A stretch of 63,458 nucleotides of DNA. Source: Nemertoderma westbladi (Eukaryota; Animalia; Xenacoelomorpha). The position numbers and the translations under genes are program-made. Of this stretch, positions 36,365-47,652 are shown piece after piece. The stretch spans positions 1 to 63,458 of the forward strand of contig JAUCBJ010001625.1 of the NCBI GenBank assembly GCA_032718475.1, written 5' to 3'. Every line of letters begins with the position of its first letter. The first letter of the stretch is position 1. The notes beneath the pieces were generated by a model. The model did not search any database and had not been told where the DNA came from. It saw nothing but the letters and a program-made list of their open reading frames with translations.

Positions 36365-39300
36365 TTACAAATTCCTATAAAAATTGCAGTATTTAGTGAG
36401 ATCGCATTCAATAAGTTTTAGTTTAAATTGCTCCACAGAAATACTGGTAACAATATCATCGATGAGGTCATTCCAGATATTTACAACTCGATTAAAGAAC
36501 ATATTCGATATTGGGTTAGTAGCACATTTAATGCCTCGACTACTACTACTAGGATCGGCATGCTGCATTGCAGCTGCATTTTTAAGAATGCTGTGCCGGA
36601 TTGTCAACAAAATTGCACCGCCACAACTCCCTATCACCCATGACATTTGCTAGATCATCCGCATCTTTAAGGCCAGTGTCCTTTAAGATGCGTCTCAAGA
36701 AAGTCATGGGCTGTCCACCATGCTTATTCACTCCATGAGGCTGCCAAAGTACAAGATTATGCACTGGCTGGTCCTCACGGCGAAAGCAATGTCCTTCAAA
36801 GCGGAGGCGATTTTGTTCTAGTGACAAGCTTGGGGGAACCAATGAGACACCTCCAATGTTATATAGTGTCTGGTTGGAGATGTGTGCATTGTACTTGACA
36901 CAATAAACCCGGCGTAGCATTCTCGTGAATGTGCCATCCAGAGATTTGGTGACCTCAGCAGTTAGAGCCCAGCATGGACTCCCGTAGAGGAGTACTGGAA
37001 CTACTGCTGCTCTAAATAATCGGACCTTAAGTTTCCGATTAATTCTCGGTGCCTCGAAGTTTATATGAGTGGCCACGAGTAATTAAAAGTGATCGCTGGA
37101 AGTATTTTTTGAGGATCAAGGTCTAAAAGATTATGCATTATTTTATAAGTGTACACCAAATCAATATGGATCCTACGTAATTCCAGCGGTTGCAAATTTA
37201 AAAATGAAAGCCTATCTACATAACACATGTCACAATCCAACTTACACCGATAGAATAGTCAACGGGTGAAATAACGTTGAGTCGCTTCAATTTTGTCCGT
37301 AAGGCCGAGAAATGGCGCGCCAGAATAAAATGGGTTCCAGACACAGCTAGCGTACTCTAGAATGGGTCTAACAAACGCTGTATATGCACATAATAATGCC
37401 TGAACGTTAGAAGTTAAAAAGCATCGAAATATTTTATTTATAGACCGATAAGCAGAGGATGTAATAGTCATTACATGTTCTGTAAATTTAAGATCCTTAT
37501 ACACAATCACTCCAAGATCGCGATACGAATTAACATTTGCAAGTTGCGTATCATTAATTCTATATGATGAAGGCATAGCTACATTACCAAGGGTGAGGCT
37601 TTTACATTTTGTTTCTTCTAAATTCAACTGCCAATCACTAGACCAACTGGAAAAAATATCAAGATTTTTCTGCAGTAATATACGGTTATCAATATTACGA
37701 AAAGCACAAAATATCTTGGCATCGTCAGCAAAGAGCCTAGAATTAATACCGGAAAGGTGCGTAGGCATATCATTAATGAAAATAATAAATAATAGGGGAC
37801 CGACACACGAACCCTGTGCTACACCCGATATAACTTTGTGAAAATTAGAAAAGCTTTCACCTATTTTCACTCGCTGAACATGATCAGTTAAATAGCTGGC
37901 AAACCAGCGATGCAAATTACCTGTAATTCCATAACATTTAAGTTTAATTAACAATTTACTAGGCACAACAGAGTCAAATGCCTTGGCATAGTCTGTGTAT
38001 ACTACATCAGTAAAACATTTTGCATTAAGGGCAGTTGCCCAATTATAGGTGCAGTCTAAAAGTTGAGTGGTAGTGCTACGGCCCTTGATAAATCCGTATT
38101 GTTCATCTGTTATTAAATTGTTCCTTTTTAAAAAACCCGACATTTCATGAACTATGATTTGTACTAGAACACGACAGACTGAAGAAGTGATGGAAATAGG
38201 GCGATAATTAGCACCAATGGACGCATCGCCTTTTTTGTAGACAGATGTAATATCAGCCTGTTTCCAACACTTCGGTAATGCACCAGTTAAGAGTGATTCA
38301 TTAAATAATATGCACAATGAATAACATAATTCAAATCTAAATATTTTTAAGGTAGCAACAGGAATGCCGTCTGGCGTATCACCAAATTTATACTTTATTA
38401 ATAACTTTAGATTCAGAAATGCAATCAATGTCAAAAGTTTCGTCAGTTTGCTGGTTAAATACAGGAAATTCACCATTATCTACATTACCGACAGATGAGT
38501 ATTGAGTTATCAGACAATCACATTTTTCTTTGTCAGTGGTTGCTAGGGAACCATCCTTTTTCTTTAAGGGGGCTATAGAGCTACGATTTGTTGTACGGCT
38601 CTTAGCGTATTTAAAGAATGCTTTTTTATTTTTACTAGATAGAATTTTCAATTCTTGTTGCATGTGAAAGGAACGGATTGCCTTGTCAAACTCAAAGCAC
38701 ACACGTCTATACGCTTGTAGATCAGACGTAGACCTATTCCGTAGACGCCAGAGGCATCGTTTGTTTGCTTGTAATTTTCTGATATGTAGGGGTGGCCTAT
38801 AACGATTGCTACATAATTTATAAGTAGGTACATATTTAACAAACAAGTCAGCAATTCTAGATTGAAACGAGTCCCACTTGGAGTTTATATCATTACAATT
38901 TAGGAATTCTGTATCCCAATTTATTTGAGACAACTCTAATTTCAGCGCAGATTTATTCATCTTCGAAAAATTAAACCTAGGTTGTGATGTGAAGGAATTG
39001 CTGGCATGTGGCGCTGACAAAACCAAGGAAAACGAAAAACTGTCATGATCACTATTACCAATAGCAGGTTCACATACTAAGTCTGACACTAATAGAGGGT
39101 CAGTGCACAGTAAAAGATCTAATGTTCGAGATTTGCGCGTTGGAAAGTCAACTAGTTGACAGAGGTTTGACGCAGAGACTGCCTCGATAAATAAATCGCA
39201 CTGTGTATTGTGTCTGTACCCTATATTAGTCCAGTCAATGTCACCAAGGTTAAAGTCACCTAATACGTACACAGGGTAGTCAATTTCAGACAAAAATATA

Positions 39301-39722
39301 AGCAATTCGTTAAGTAGTTTTAAATAAGCATACATTGCATTCCTATCACTATAGCAGGTTCCAGGAGGGCGATAAAAAGATACCATTCTAAATTTATCAT
39401 GAACAGACGTATCAAACGCGACACATTCAATATTGTGACACTTGGGAGGTATAAATACCTTGGCCGGGTGTAGTGCGACTCGACAGGCAAGCATTACACC
39501 ACCTCCATAACCGCGATCTGAACCGCGGTCCCATCGGAATATTTCATATTCCTTCTCAAGTTCATTGCCTGTTATTAACGAATTTACATCATCGTTCTTT
39601 AGAAAAGTTTCACAAATTCCCACTATATCGTGGTTAGATAATATAACTTGCACTTCTGCACGTTTACTTTCGTCACGTACAGATTGTGTATTAGCAAAAT
39701 AACATGATAATTTAGGAACCAT
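36365..39722 (-). pseudogene. CR1-type ORF2 (APE endonuclease plus RT), frameshifted and interrupted by RTE
   Basis: ICETFL, GDFNL, LDLLL, SDH; NYRPISITS, DYAKAFDSV, GVAQGS, LFADD, RGHSYKL and FFNRVVNIWNDL. Confidence 0.93.
36540..37049 (-). mobile_element. RTE-clade LINE, 5'-truncated, with 8-bp TSD
   Basis: TGCCTCGA at 36532-36539 and 37050-37057; (TAG)n tail. Removing it restores CR1 RGHSYKLRGIKC. Confidence 0.93.
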
Positions 39723-39939
39723 ATCGCTATTGTATTACGAGTGGTCAAAGTTTCATTAAGAACGGTGGTTTTGTTAGATAAGTTTACTACTGGGTTACCT
39801 CCTGATCGTTCTCCGCTGTAGCGCGTACTACTGTTGCCGGGTTCTGAAACCTTGGTCCGATAATTGGTGTACGGAAGTTATTTTTCTGACGTTGAGTGTC
39901 GAGTTTTCCAGATGCGGTGTCATAGTCGGCCTCAGAAAT

Positions 39940-41178
39940 TGTAAAAGCTTTTGTGGGATAACTGGTTCGTTTGCTTTGCTGGCCAGTTCCCCCCTGGTCG
40001 CTAGAAATACTCAAAAGGGGATCTGTAGTTAAAATAGTGCAAGCTACCAGCTTATTGGCTGATTTGCGGTATGCAGGTATCTGGGCTCTGTTTAATCGTC
40101 CAACTAGCCTAAGGGGGTTGCGTCATAGCCCTGTTTTTTGTATCTCCCAATAGAATTTGAGTTATCCTGGATTTTAACCAATCCTGAGCTACTGAACTGA
40201 AATTTTCCTATCTCACTGCTCATCCTCTGTGTTGAACGGGAGCTTCGTGGAATAAGTGTAGTTGGTATTCTCGTAGTCACGAGTTTTTCAAAGCCACGAA
40301 AGAACGGCTTTATAGTGTTTTGTGCTTTTCTGCTTTTAACTCAACACTAGTAGGTTTAATTATAAGGACATATATCCTTTAACTGGCAAAACGCACTAAC
40401 CAAACTGCACTACAAACGGCGGACCAGTAAACAAACTGCCTGACGCACGGCATACTACTGACTGCTGAAACATTGCAAACTCATAACAATCAGTGTTCAG
40501 TTGTTGTTTTATACTGCTATTTACTGTCGGTTATTCATTATATTTGTGGATGAATTATTATATTTGGAATAACGATAAATACCCCGAAACCCAATATTCT
40601 TGATATACCGAAGGTAAGAGAGAAAGGTTACAGATAAACGATTGTGACTTATGTTAAAGTGGTTTGAAGTGAATCTAATGTTATTTGATAGACCCTACAT
40701 GAGTCAGCCTGTGTTCCTTTTATATGTGACTAAAATCAGTGAAGATCGGCAGATTAGTGTGCAGTATTGTGCAGCATTGTGTATGCGTGAGTCTGTTAAA
40801 GAAGCATTTCCTAAAGAATGCGCCATATATGTTAATTATAACTAAACCATATCGTTGTGAGTAGTTTAAGTCATAACTCTGTTTATATAGATAGAGCGCC
40901 ACGTCCTAAAGGAACTGTTAATATTCCCCGAAGGTGAATAATATTGTCAGAGATTATATAATACTGTCAGTCGAATAATACATTAGGCTTACATAGCAAT
41001 AAGATTAAACCGTCGAACCCAATCTCCCGGGTATAACCAGCAGGTGAATGATCGCGCACGGATTGGTTTCGACTAGTGTAGTGAATCAAATACTTGTCGT
41101 AGGCAGAAAAGCGATTTAATATCTAGAAGACATCATAATTTGGCGGGTTAAACTGCCAAAGGTCTGAAAGCGCGAACA
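39940..41178 (+). repeat. BEL-C 5' LTR
   Basis: Direct repeat of 60484-61722. Confidence 0.97.
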
Positions 41179-41190
41179 TTAAAGGATATA
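41179..41190 (+). promoter_or_regulatory. BEL-C non-canonical primer-binding site (self-complementary)
   Basis: TTAAAGGATATA directly follows the LTR end and is the exact reverse complement of TATATCCTTTAA at 40371-40382 (and 60915-60926). Confidence 0.75.
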
Positions 41191-41224
41191 GCTTCTTTAT
41201 TGCAGTAAGCAATAAAGTTGAAAG

Positions 41225-41372
41225 TACCGGTCAACCGGTAAACCTGAACGGTACATCTGTAGGTCAGTAGGCCCAATTGCAAGAACCGGTACTGCTGTAG
41301 GCCCGTAGGTCCAACTGCAAGAACCGGTACTTCTGTAGGTCCGTAGGCCTAACTGTCCTAACCGGTACTTCC
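41225..41372. repeat. ~37-39-bp tandem repeat in the BEL-C leader
   Basis: CTGTAGGYCCGTAGGYCCAACTGCAAGAACCGGTAC, ~3-4 copies. Confidence 0.75.
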
Positions 41373-43138
41373 CGTATAAGTACATTAGTATTATTCGATT
41401 TGATTGTTGTATACTGGTAGGCTGTTTAAGAGATTAGGGACTGTACACCCCTTGTTTCTTTTGGAGCTTACTTATTTCTGTCAGTTTTATTTGTTAGTAG
41501 GCCAGTATTGAACAGAAGGCGTGTAAACCTGATCAGATTGTACAGACAATTTGTAGGCTGAGCTGTTGTCTGATTGCTGTTAGGTCTGAACGGATTGCAG
41601 TGTGTGTAGAGCAACTGTCTGGTTGAGTACGGTTAGGAAGTAGGGGCAGCGAACGCTGTAAGGTAAACCCCCAGCTAAAGAATAAGTCGTACTACTGGGT
41701 TAGAACGCATACTGCCTAATCATTTCGGAGTCTGCATATACCGTAGTTTGTTTAGGCTTGATGGTAGTCTGTCGGTATTTGGTCTGCATTTTGTTTGAGT
41801 AGTTTGTACGTGTAGCGTAATATTTATTATTCAGAGTTTATGCGATTATTCGCAACATTCATATTCCCCAAGTTTGTTCCTACAGTAATTGTGTTTGTTA
41901 TACATACCGTTATAGTTAAATTAACCCCGGTACTACACGGGCTGCTTGGCGTAGGTAAAGACTGGTGATTTTGTGCACCGGTTACTCCAGCAGATGCCGT
42001 GGTTCTTTTAGCTGTTCAAGTATATGTAACTACTGATTATCTGTTGTACAAGTACTCGTACCTAATTTAGGGTTTAGTGTACAGTGCTTTCCGAAAGTAA
42101 TTATTGTAGGCATTATATTTGTGTTGTAAAGTGGTTGATAGGCACGTTCGATTAGCTCTATTAACTTCTAGGTAGGAACACTCCGTGATACATAACGTAG
42201 AACCTATAGCGATACGGCCATAGGTCGTCAGGCGGTGGTATTTTCCTATCTAGACAACGCAGTGTATTTACTACTACTTATTATTTTCAAATACCGTAGT
42301 ACCCTGTCCGTTGTAATAACCAGATTCTAACCCTTTGTTAGGCTGGTTTGTAGACTTCTTGTAAAATTACCCTAAAAATTCGTATTTTGTGTTTTTGTAA
42401 ATTTTTGTGTTTATTTAGAGATTGTAATCTCAACCCGAATTGTACGTAATTTGTAGTATTAAGTAACTTAGGTAAATTAGAATTATTTGTTTTAGTGTCC
42501 TATAAGTAACACTCCACTGAAAGCGTACCGCTTTGTGCAGTGATTAACCCCAGAAATAATAACATTTATTTCAAATATTGCCAAAACCCATTAAACGGGT
42601 ACATATATTATAAATCAAATCTAACGATTTATAAATAGTAGGCCTACCATATAACCATTAGGTCTCAATATCAGTTGGACTACTGCTCAAATAACGGTAA
42701 TAAAGTAAGTAAAGTAACCAAGTAACCTTAAAGTACAGAAATTCAATTATTTAAAAATAATTGATATACCGGTATTTACGATAGGACTATTATCTTTATT
42801 TCTGTAAATTTAGGCTGAAATTATACTGGTACTTGTAATTAATTCTAGTCCAGAATTATATATACTACAAACTGTAAGCTGTATACCGGTATTCCCAATA
42901 GGCCTATTATATATTTATATATTTGTGCTAAAATTATACCGGTATTCTGAGATAAACCTAGTCTGTAATAATACTTATATATAATATAAGCATACCGGTA
43001 TTCTAATATATTATATATATATCACTCTACATTGAGTAGCAATATCGGTAATTAATTACTAGGCTAGTAGTTAATACTTAACTACTAGACTTGCTTAGAC
43101 TGTAATATAGCAGTAGGCATTCAACTGTATATACAAAT

Positions 43139-44587
43139 ATGTCTGATACTAAGCAGAACCTGTCAGACAGTCTATTAGATGTAACTATCTGCAACTCGGA
43201 TAGAGGTGTAGAACCCTCTAGTCGTAAGTCCAGTTCACCTCCCACTGTGAGGAAGGTCATCCCTCCAGTAGTAATAACAGAACCTAGGCTAGTCCAACAT
43301 CGTAGGTCTATCATAGGCACCCGAGCTCAGGTCAAGCGGGACCAAGAAGCAGCGGAACAGCAACAACCCGCGAGTCAAGAACTTATAACTCAGCGGCCCA
43401 GCAGCTCCAGTAGTGAGGATACTGTAGAGCTGACACCCGAGCGCGGAGCAGAGATGACGGATGCGGTTTATACGGATCCCCTTCTCATCCTTCCTGCAGC
43501 CGTACTCACTAGGTTATTGATCGCGGTGGAAGAACACCAGATCGATTGGGCGAGAAGTCAACGACCAACTAGAGATAGTTATGCGGGATACACGAGTGAA
43601 GAACTGAAGTCTATTGTCGAGTCACAATGGAACTTCCCCGGACCCGGACTCCCGTTTGATTTATCAGAAGCTGCCTGGGAAGACATACACCGGATGGGAG
43701 TAGCCAAGGAAACCATCGATCCAGCTGTATGGAAGAGGTCCGCAGCCGGATACGCACAAGGATTCTTCAGCTCTATGGAGCGAGTAGAAAAACAACTGTT
43801 TCAACAACCTCAAGGACCTCAAGAGCAGGGATCGCTGCTTTATCAAGTTAGAGAAAGAGTTCTGCGAATTAGGCTAATCTTATCCGCCTTTGAGGAGGCT
43901 TCTAAAAGAAGACAAGACACGTCGTTGCAAGTTGCCGTGAAGACTTGGTTTCAACGAGTGAGACGCCAGGTTCAAGGAGCAGCTCAGTGGAAAGCTCAGT
44001 TGGAGGAGCGCTCAACCCATGGAGAATCAACCGACGCTACTTTTTCCCAAGTGGAAAGTGAAGCGACGGCAGAGAAACCACATAAGAAGGATGCCATTGA
44101 CATCTATCTGTCAGACTATCAGCGCTTTGTAGGAGACGCAGAGTTGAGGAGAAGGTTAGAGGGACTTAGCCCTAATAGCGAAGGAGCCAAACTTGTGTTG
44201 GATGCAATTGATGTAGATAGGTTAGCGGCGAACCAAGCTAAATTCGATGAACAACTCCGCATCGCTAGAGAAAGGGAAGAACAAGTAAAGAAAAAACGTA
44301 TAGAAGACAGAAAGGCAGCGGCAGTAGCAGCAGCAGTGGCATCTGCAGAGGCTGAAAGAAAAACGGCAGCGGCAGAGGCAAAAGCGGCAGCGGCAGAGGC
44401 AGCGGCAGAGGCAAAGGCAGCAGCCGAAGCGGAAAGAAAGGTGGCGGAGGCAGTGGTAGAAGCAGAACGGAGAGCGGCTGAAGAAACCAACCAATTAGAA
44501 TTGGAAAACATTCAAGAGAATCAAGACTGCATAAACAATAATAACATAAACAAACTGCTAAGCAGAACCTGTCAGACAGTCTATTAG
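43139..44587 (+). CDS. gag: BEL-C gag N-terminus, copy 1 (ends at duplication junction)
   Basis: ATG at 43139; Ala/Glu/Lys coiled coil similar in character to BEL-B gag. Confidence 0.75.
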   Translation: MSDTKQNLSDSLLDVTICNSDRGVEPSSRKSSSPPTVRKVIPPVVITEPRLVQHRRSIIGTRAQVKRDQEAAEQQQPASQELITQRPSSSSSEDTVELTPERGAEMTDAVYTDPLLILPAAVLTRLLIAVEEHQIDWARSQRPTRDSYAGYTSEELKSIVESQWNFPGPGLPFDLSEAAWEDIHRMGVAKETIDPAVWKRSAAGYAQGFFSSMERVEKQLFQQPQGPQEQGSLLYQVRERVLRIRLILSAFEEASKRRQDTSLQVAVKTWFQRVRRQVQGAAQWKAQLEERSTHGESTDATFSQVESEATAEKPHKKDAIDIYLSDYQRFVGDAELRRRLEGLSPNSEGAKLVLDAIDVDRLAANQAKFDEQLRIAREREEQVKKKRIEDRKAAAVAAAVASAEAERKTAAAEAKAAAAEAAAEAKAAAEAERKVAEAVVEAERRAAEETNQLELENIQENQDCINNNNINKLLSRTCQTVY

Positions 44588-45947
44588 ATGTAACTATCTG
44601 CGACTCGGATAGAGGTGTAGAACCCTCTAGTCGTAAGTCCAGTTCACCTCCCACTGTGAGGAAGGTCATCCCTCCAGTAGTAATAACAGAACCTAGGCTA
44701 GTCCAACATCGTAGGTCTATCATAGGCACCCGAGCTCAGGTCAAGCGGGACCAAGAAGCAGCGGAACAGCAACAACCCGCGAGTCAAGAACTTATAACTC
44801 AGCGGCCCAGCAGCTCCAGTAGTGAGGATACTGTAGAGCTGACACCCGAGCGCGGAGCAGAGATGACGGATGCGGTTTATACGGATCCCCTTCTCATCCT
44901 TCCTGCAGCCGTACTCACTAGGTTATTGATCGCGGTGGAAGAACACCAGATCGATTGGGCGAGAAGTCAACGACCAACTAGAGATAGTTATGCGGGATAC
45001 ACGAGTGAAGAACTGAAGTCTATTGTCGAGTCACAATGGAACTTCCCCGGACCCGGACTCCCGTTTGATTTATCAGAAGCTGCCTGGGAAGACATACACC
45101 GGATGGGAGTAGCCAAGGAAACCATCGATCCAGCTGTATGGAAGAGGTCCGCAGCCGGATACGCACAAGGATTCTTCAGCTCTATGGAGCGAGTAGAAAA
45201 ACAACTGTTTCAACAACCTCAAGGACCTCAAGAGCAGGGATCGCTGCTTTATCAAGTTAGAGAAAGAGTTCTGCGAATTAGGCTAATCTTATCCGCCTTT
45301 GAGGAGGCTTCTAAAAGAAGACAAGACACGTCGTTGCAAGTTGCCGTGAAGACTTCGTTTCAACGAGTGAGACGCCAGGTTCAAGGAGCAGCTCAGTGGA
45401 AAGCTCAGTTGGAGGAGCGCTCAACCCATGGAGAATCAACCGACGCTACTTTTTCCCAAGTGGAAAGTGAAGCGACGGCAGAGAAACCACATAAGAAGGA
45501 TGCCATTGACATCTATCTGTCAGACTATCAGCGCTTTGTAGGAGACGCAGAGTTGAGGAGAAGGTTAGAGGGACTTAGCCCTAATAGCGAAGGAGCCAAA
45601 CTTGTGTTGGATGCAATTGATGTAGATAGGTTAGCGGCGAACCAAGCTAAATTCGATGAACAACTCCGCATCGCTAGAGAAAGGGAAGAACAAGTAAAGA
45701 AAAAACGTATAGAAGACAGAAAGGCAGCGGCAGTAGCAGCAGCAGTGGCATCTGCAGAGGCTGAAAGAAAAACGGCAGCGGCAGAGGCAAAAGCGGCAGC
45801 GGCAGAGGCAGCGGCAGAGGCAAAGGCAGCAGCCGAAGCGGAAAGAAAGGTGGCGGAGGCAGTGGTAGAAGCAGAACGGAGAGCGGCTGAAGAAACCAAC
45901 CAATTAGAATTGGAAAACATTCAAGAGAATCAAGACTGCATAAACAA
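43149..45947. repeat. Tandem duplication, offset 1409 bp
   Basis: 43149-44538 is repeated at 44558-45947, with a 19-nt filler between copies. Confidence 0.95.
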
Positions 45948-46692
45948 ACAGTTAACAGCTAGTAATATGCAGATGATGAATCGATCTACTCCCAAACGAC
46001 AAGGTTATACATCATCTGAGGAAGGCGATACCACCGATACTGAAGGCAAAGGAAATAGATCTCGTCTAAGTAGACGTAAAAGAACATTCCACCGTCAGAA
46101 ATTGCCTGATTTGCCTCCAGCTGTTAGAAGGCAACTAAATAGCACCAACTTAGGTAGTACAGAACCCACAGACCAAATAATTAAAATCGAAAGACTCCCT
46201 ACTATAGTAGATGAGCCTGAAATAATTAGGCCTGTTCTTGAAATCACCCCTACTGTGATAGACACACCTGTGCTCCCTGAAATAACCGCTAAATTCCCTC
46301 TGCATAGCACTAAGCTACCTGTGCCCCGTAGAACTGCCCAGGCGACAGTTCAGGTCCTGGACCCCGAGCGAAATATTCATAATTTGTCGCCCGTTGTCCC
46401 TCGTCCGCCCGCTACATCGTTGGCGACTCCCGCTTCGGCGGTCGAATGGGTGGACGAGAGACGGCGGGGGATGGATATCCTGCTCGGGCAGATGCAGGAG
46501 ACTGTCCAGCAATTTAAGGGCACGGTAAGGGAAAGTAGACTAGAGTTGCAAGAAGTGCAGCAAAGTATCGCGCTAGAGCGCGATACCCAAAGAGGTGAGG
46601 TCTCTATAGGGGTGTCGCGAACAGGCGGCGGCGGGCTCGTGAGGGTCTGGGGGCACGTTAAATCCTCTAGTATAGTGCAAGGGAGTTACTGA
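44656..46692 (+). CDS. gag: BEL-C gag N-terminus, copy 2 (runs into the solo-LTR-like insert)
   Basis: Nearly identical to copy 1, then continues until the insert at 46613. Confidence 0.75.
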   Translation: MRKVIPPVVITEPRLVQHRRSIIGTRAQVKRDQEAAEQQQPASQELITQRPSSSSSEDTVELTPERGAEMTDAVYTDPLLILPAAVLTRLLIAVEEHQIDWARSQRPTRDSYAGYTSEELKSIVESQWNFPGPGLPFDLSEAAWEDIHRMGVAKETIDPAVWKRSAAGYAQGFFSSMERVEKQLFQQPQGPQEQGSLLYQVRERVLRIRLILSAFEEASKRRQDTSLQVAVKTSFQRVRRQVQGAAQWKAQLEERSTHGESTDATFSQVESEATAEKPHKKDAIDIYLSDYQRFVGDAELRRRLEGLSPNSEGAKLVLDAIDVDRLAANQAKFDEQLRIAREREEQVKKKRIEDRKAAAVAAAVASAEAERKTAAAEAKAAAAEAAAEAKAAAEAERKVAEAVVEAERRAAEETNQLELENIQENQDCINKQLTASNMQMMNRSTPKRQGYTSSEEGDTTDTEGKGNRSRLSRRKRTFHRQKLPDLPPAVRRQLNSTNLGSTEPTDQIIKIERLPTIVDEPEIIRPVLEITPTVIDTPVLPEITAKFPLHSTKLPVPRRTAQATVQVLDPERNIHNLSPVVPRPPATSLATPASAVEWVDERRRGMDILLGQMQETVQQFKGTVRESRLELQEVQQSIALERDTQRGEVSIGVSRTGGGGLVRVWGHVKSSSIVQGSY

Positions 46693-47652
46693 AGGCCCTC
46701 GTGTCTTGCGAACCATGAATTGACATGGTGCCGTGGTACCGTCTAGTCGGCCTGTTGCCGTACTGCCAGTCCTGTACACAGTAGGGGTGGTGGCATAGTG
46801 TGATCTGTGGTTTGTGTGTGTACGTAGTATACGTGAGTGTGTGTATGGCCACTGCGAGTGAGTGTGGGAAACCTTGCCGGTTGGTTCAGTCGCCGCCGGT
46901 TATTAGTAGGACCATATCTTTACTGCGCCCCAGCATACTTTGTGCACACAAAGTTATTTTGCCCTGACGGCAAAATAAGGTACTCTCGACTCTTTAACAG
47001 TCGATACAATTTTGTCCCCTCTGATTTCGTCCCCGATTTTGTCTATTCCCGATTATGTCTTCTGTGTGTGCATGGTATGTGTCCGATTTTGTGTCTACCG
47101 TAGTGTACTCGATTTCGTGAGCATCTATTGAGTACATGTGTACAGTGACTGGTAAGTGGTGACTTGTTCTTAGCTTAGCTTTTAAGCTAGTCAGTATTGT
47201 TGGTGGAACCGACTTCCCCTCAATACTGCCGGCGAGGCGGGTGAAAACGGTCAATATTCCATGCTGGGTAGCGCAAGCCCACATGGGACAAGACCGTCGG
47301 TTTGGCTCAAGGGCGACCTTGATGCTCGATCGCTATCGACTGGTCCACCCGCCGGTTGACTCTCTGAGTTGGCTCAATGTACAGTCAGGCCACAGTAAGT
47401 TGACAGTAGGCGAACTTTGAGTCGCCGTTCGGCTACACACGACGAGCTGTGCCGGTGTGATCGGGGGATTGAAAATTGAACCCGGGAAGCATCGGGCTAC
47501 CCTCCGGCCCGGTCTGATAAAAACGGAGTCGGACTGGCCCCAAGGGTAGTGGAAAAGCGTCCGCCTCGTGGGTGCGCCTCGGGGAGGAGCCCAGAAGGAC
47601 GTAAGCGAAATTAGTAAATACCCAAAGGGGTATACCACCACCCTCTGTAACA
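46613..47652 (-). mobile_element. Solo-LTR-like insert in BEL-C gag (1040 bp)
   Basis: Non-coding block bounded by TGTCGC...GTAACA that interrupts gag. AGTAAA on minus. No clean TSD. Confidence 0.5.

Noticed and set aside
44119-44729. Ala-, Cys- and Leu/Pro-rich minus-strand ORFs
   Set aside because: Antisense shadows of the GCA/GCG-rich gag coiled-coil codons.
46721-46735. TGACA-TGGTGCCGTG resembling an LTR end plus tRNA-His PBS
   Set aside because: It lies inside the non-coding insert with no matching LTR pair or downstream gag, so it cannot be supported.
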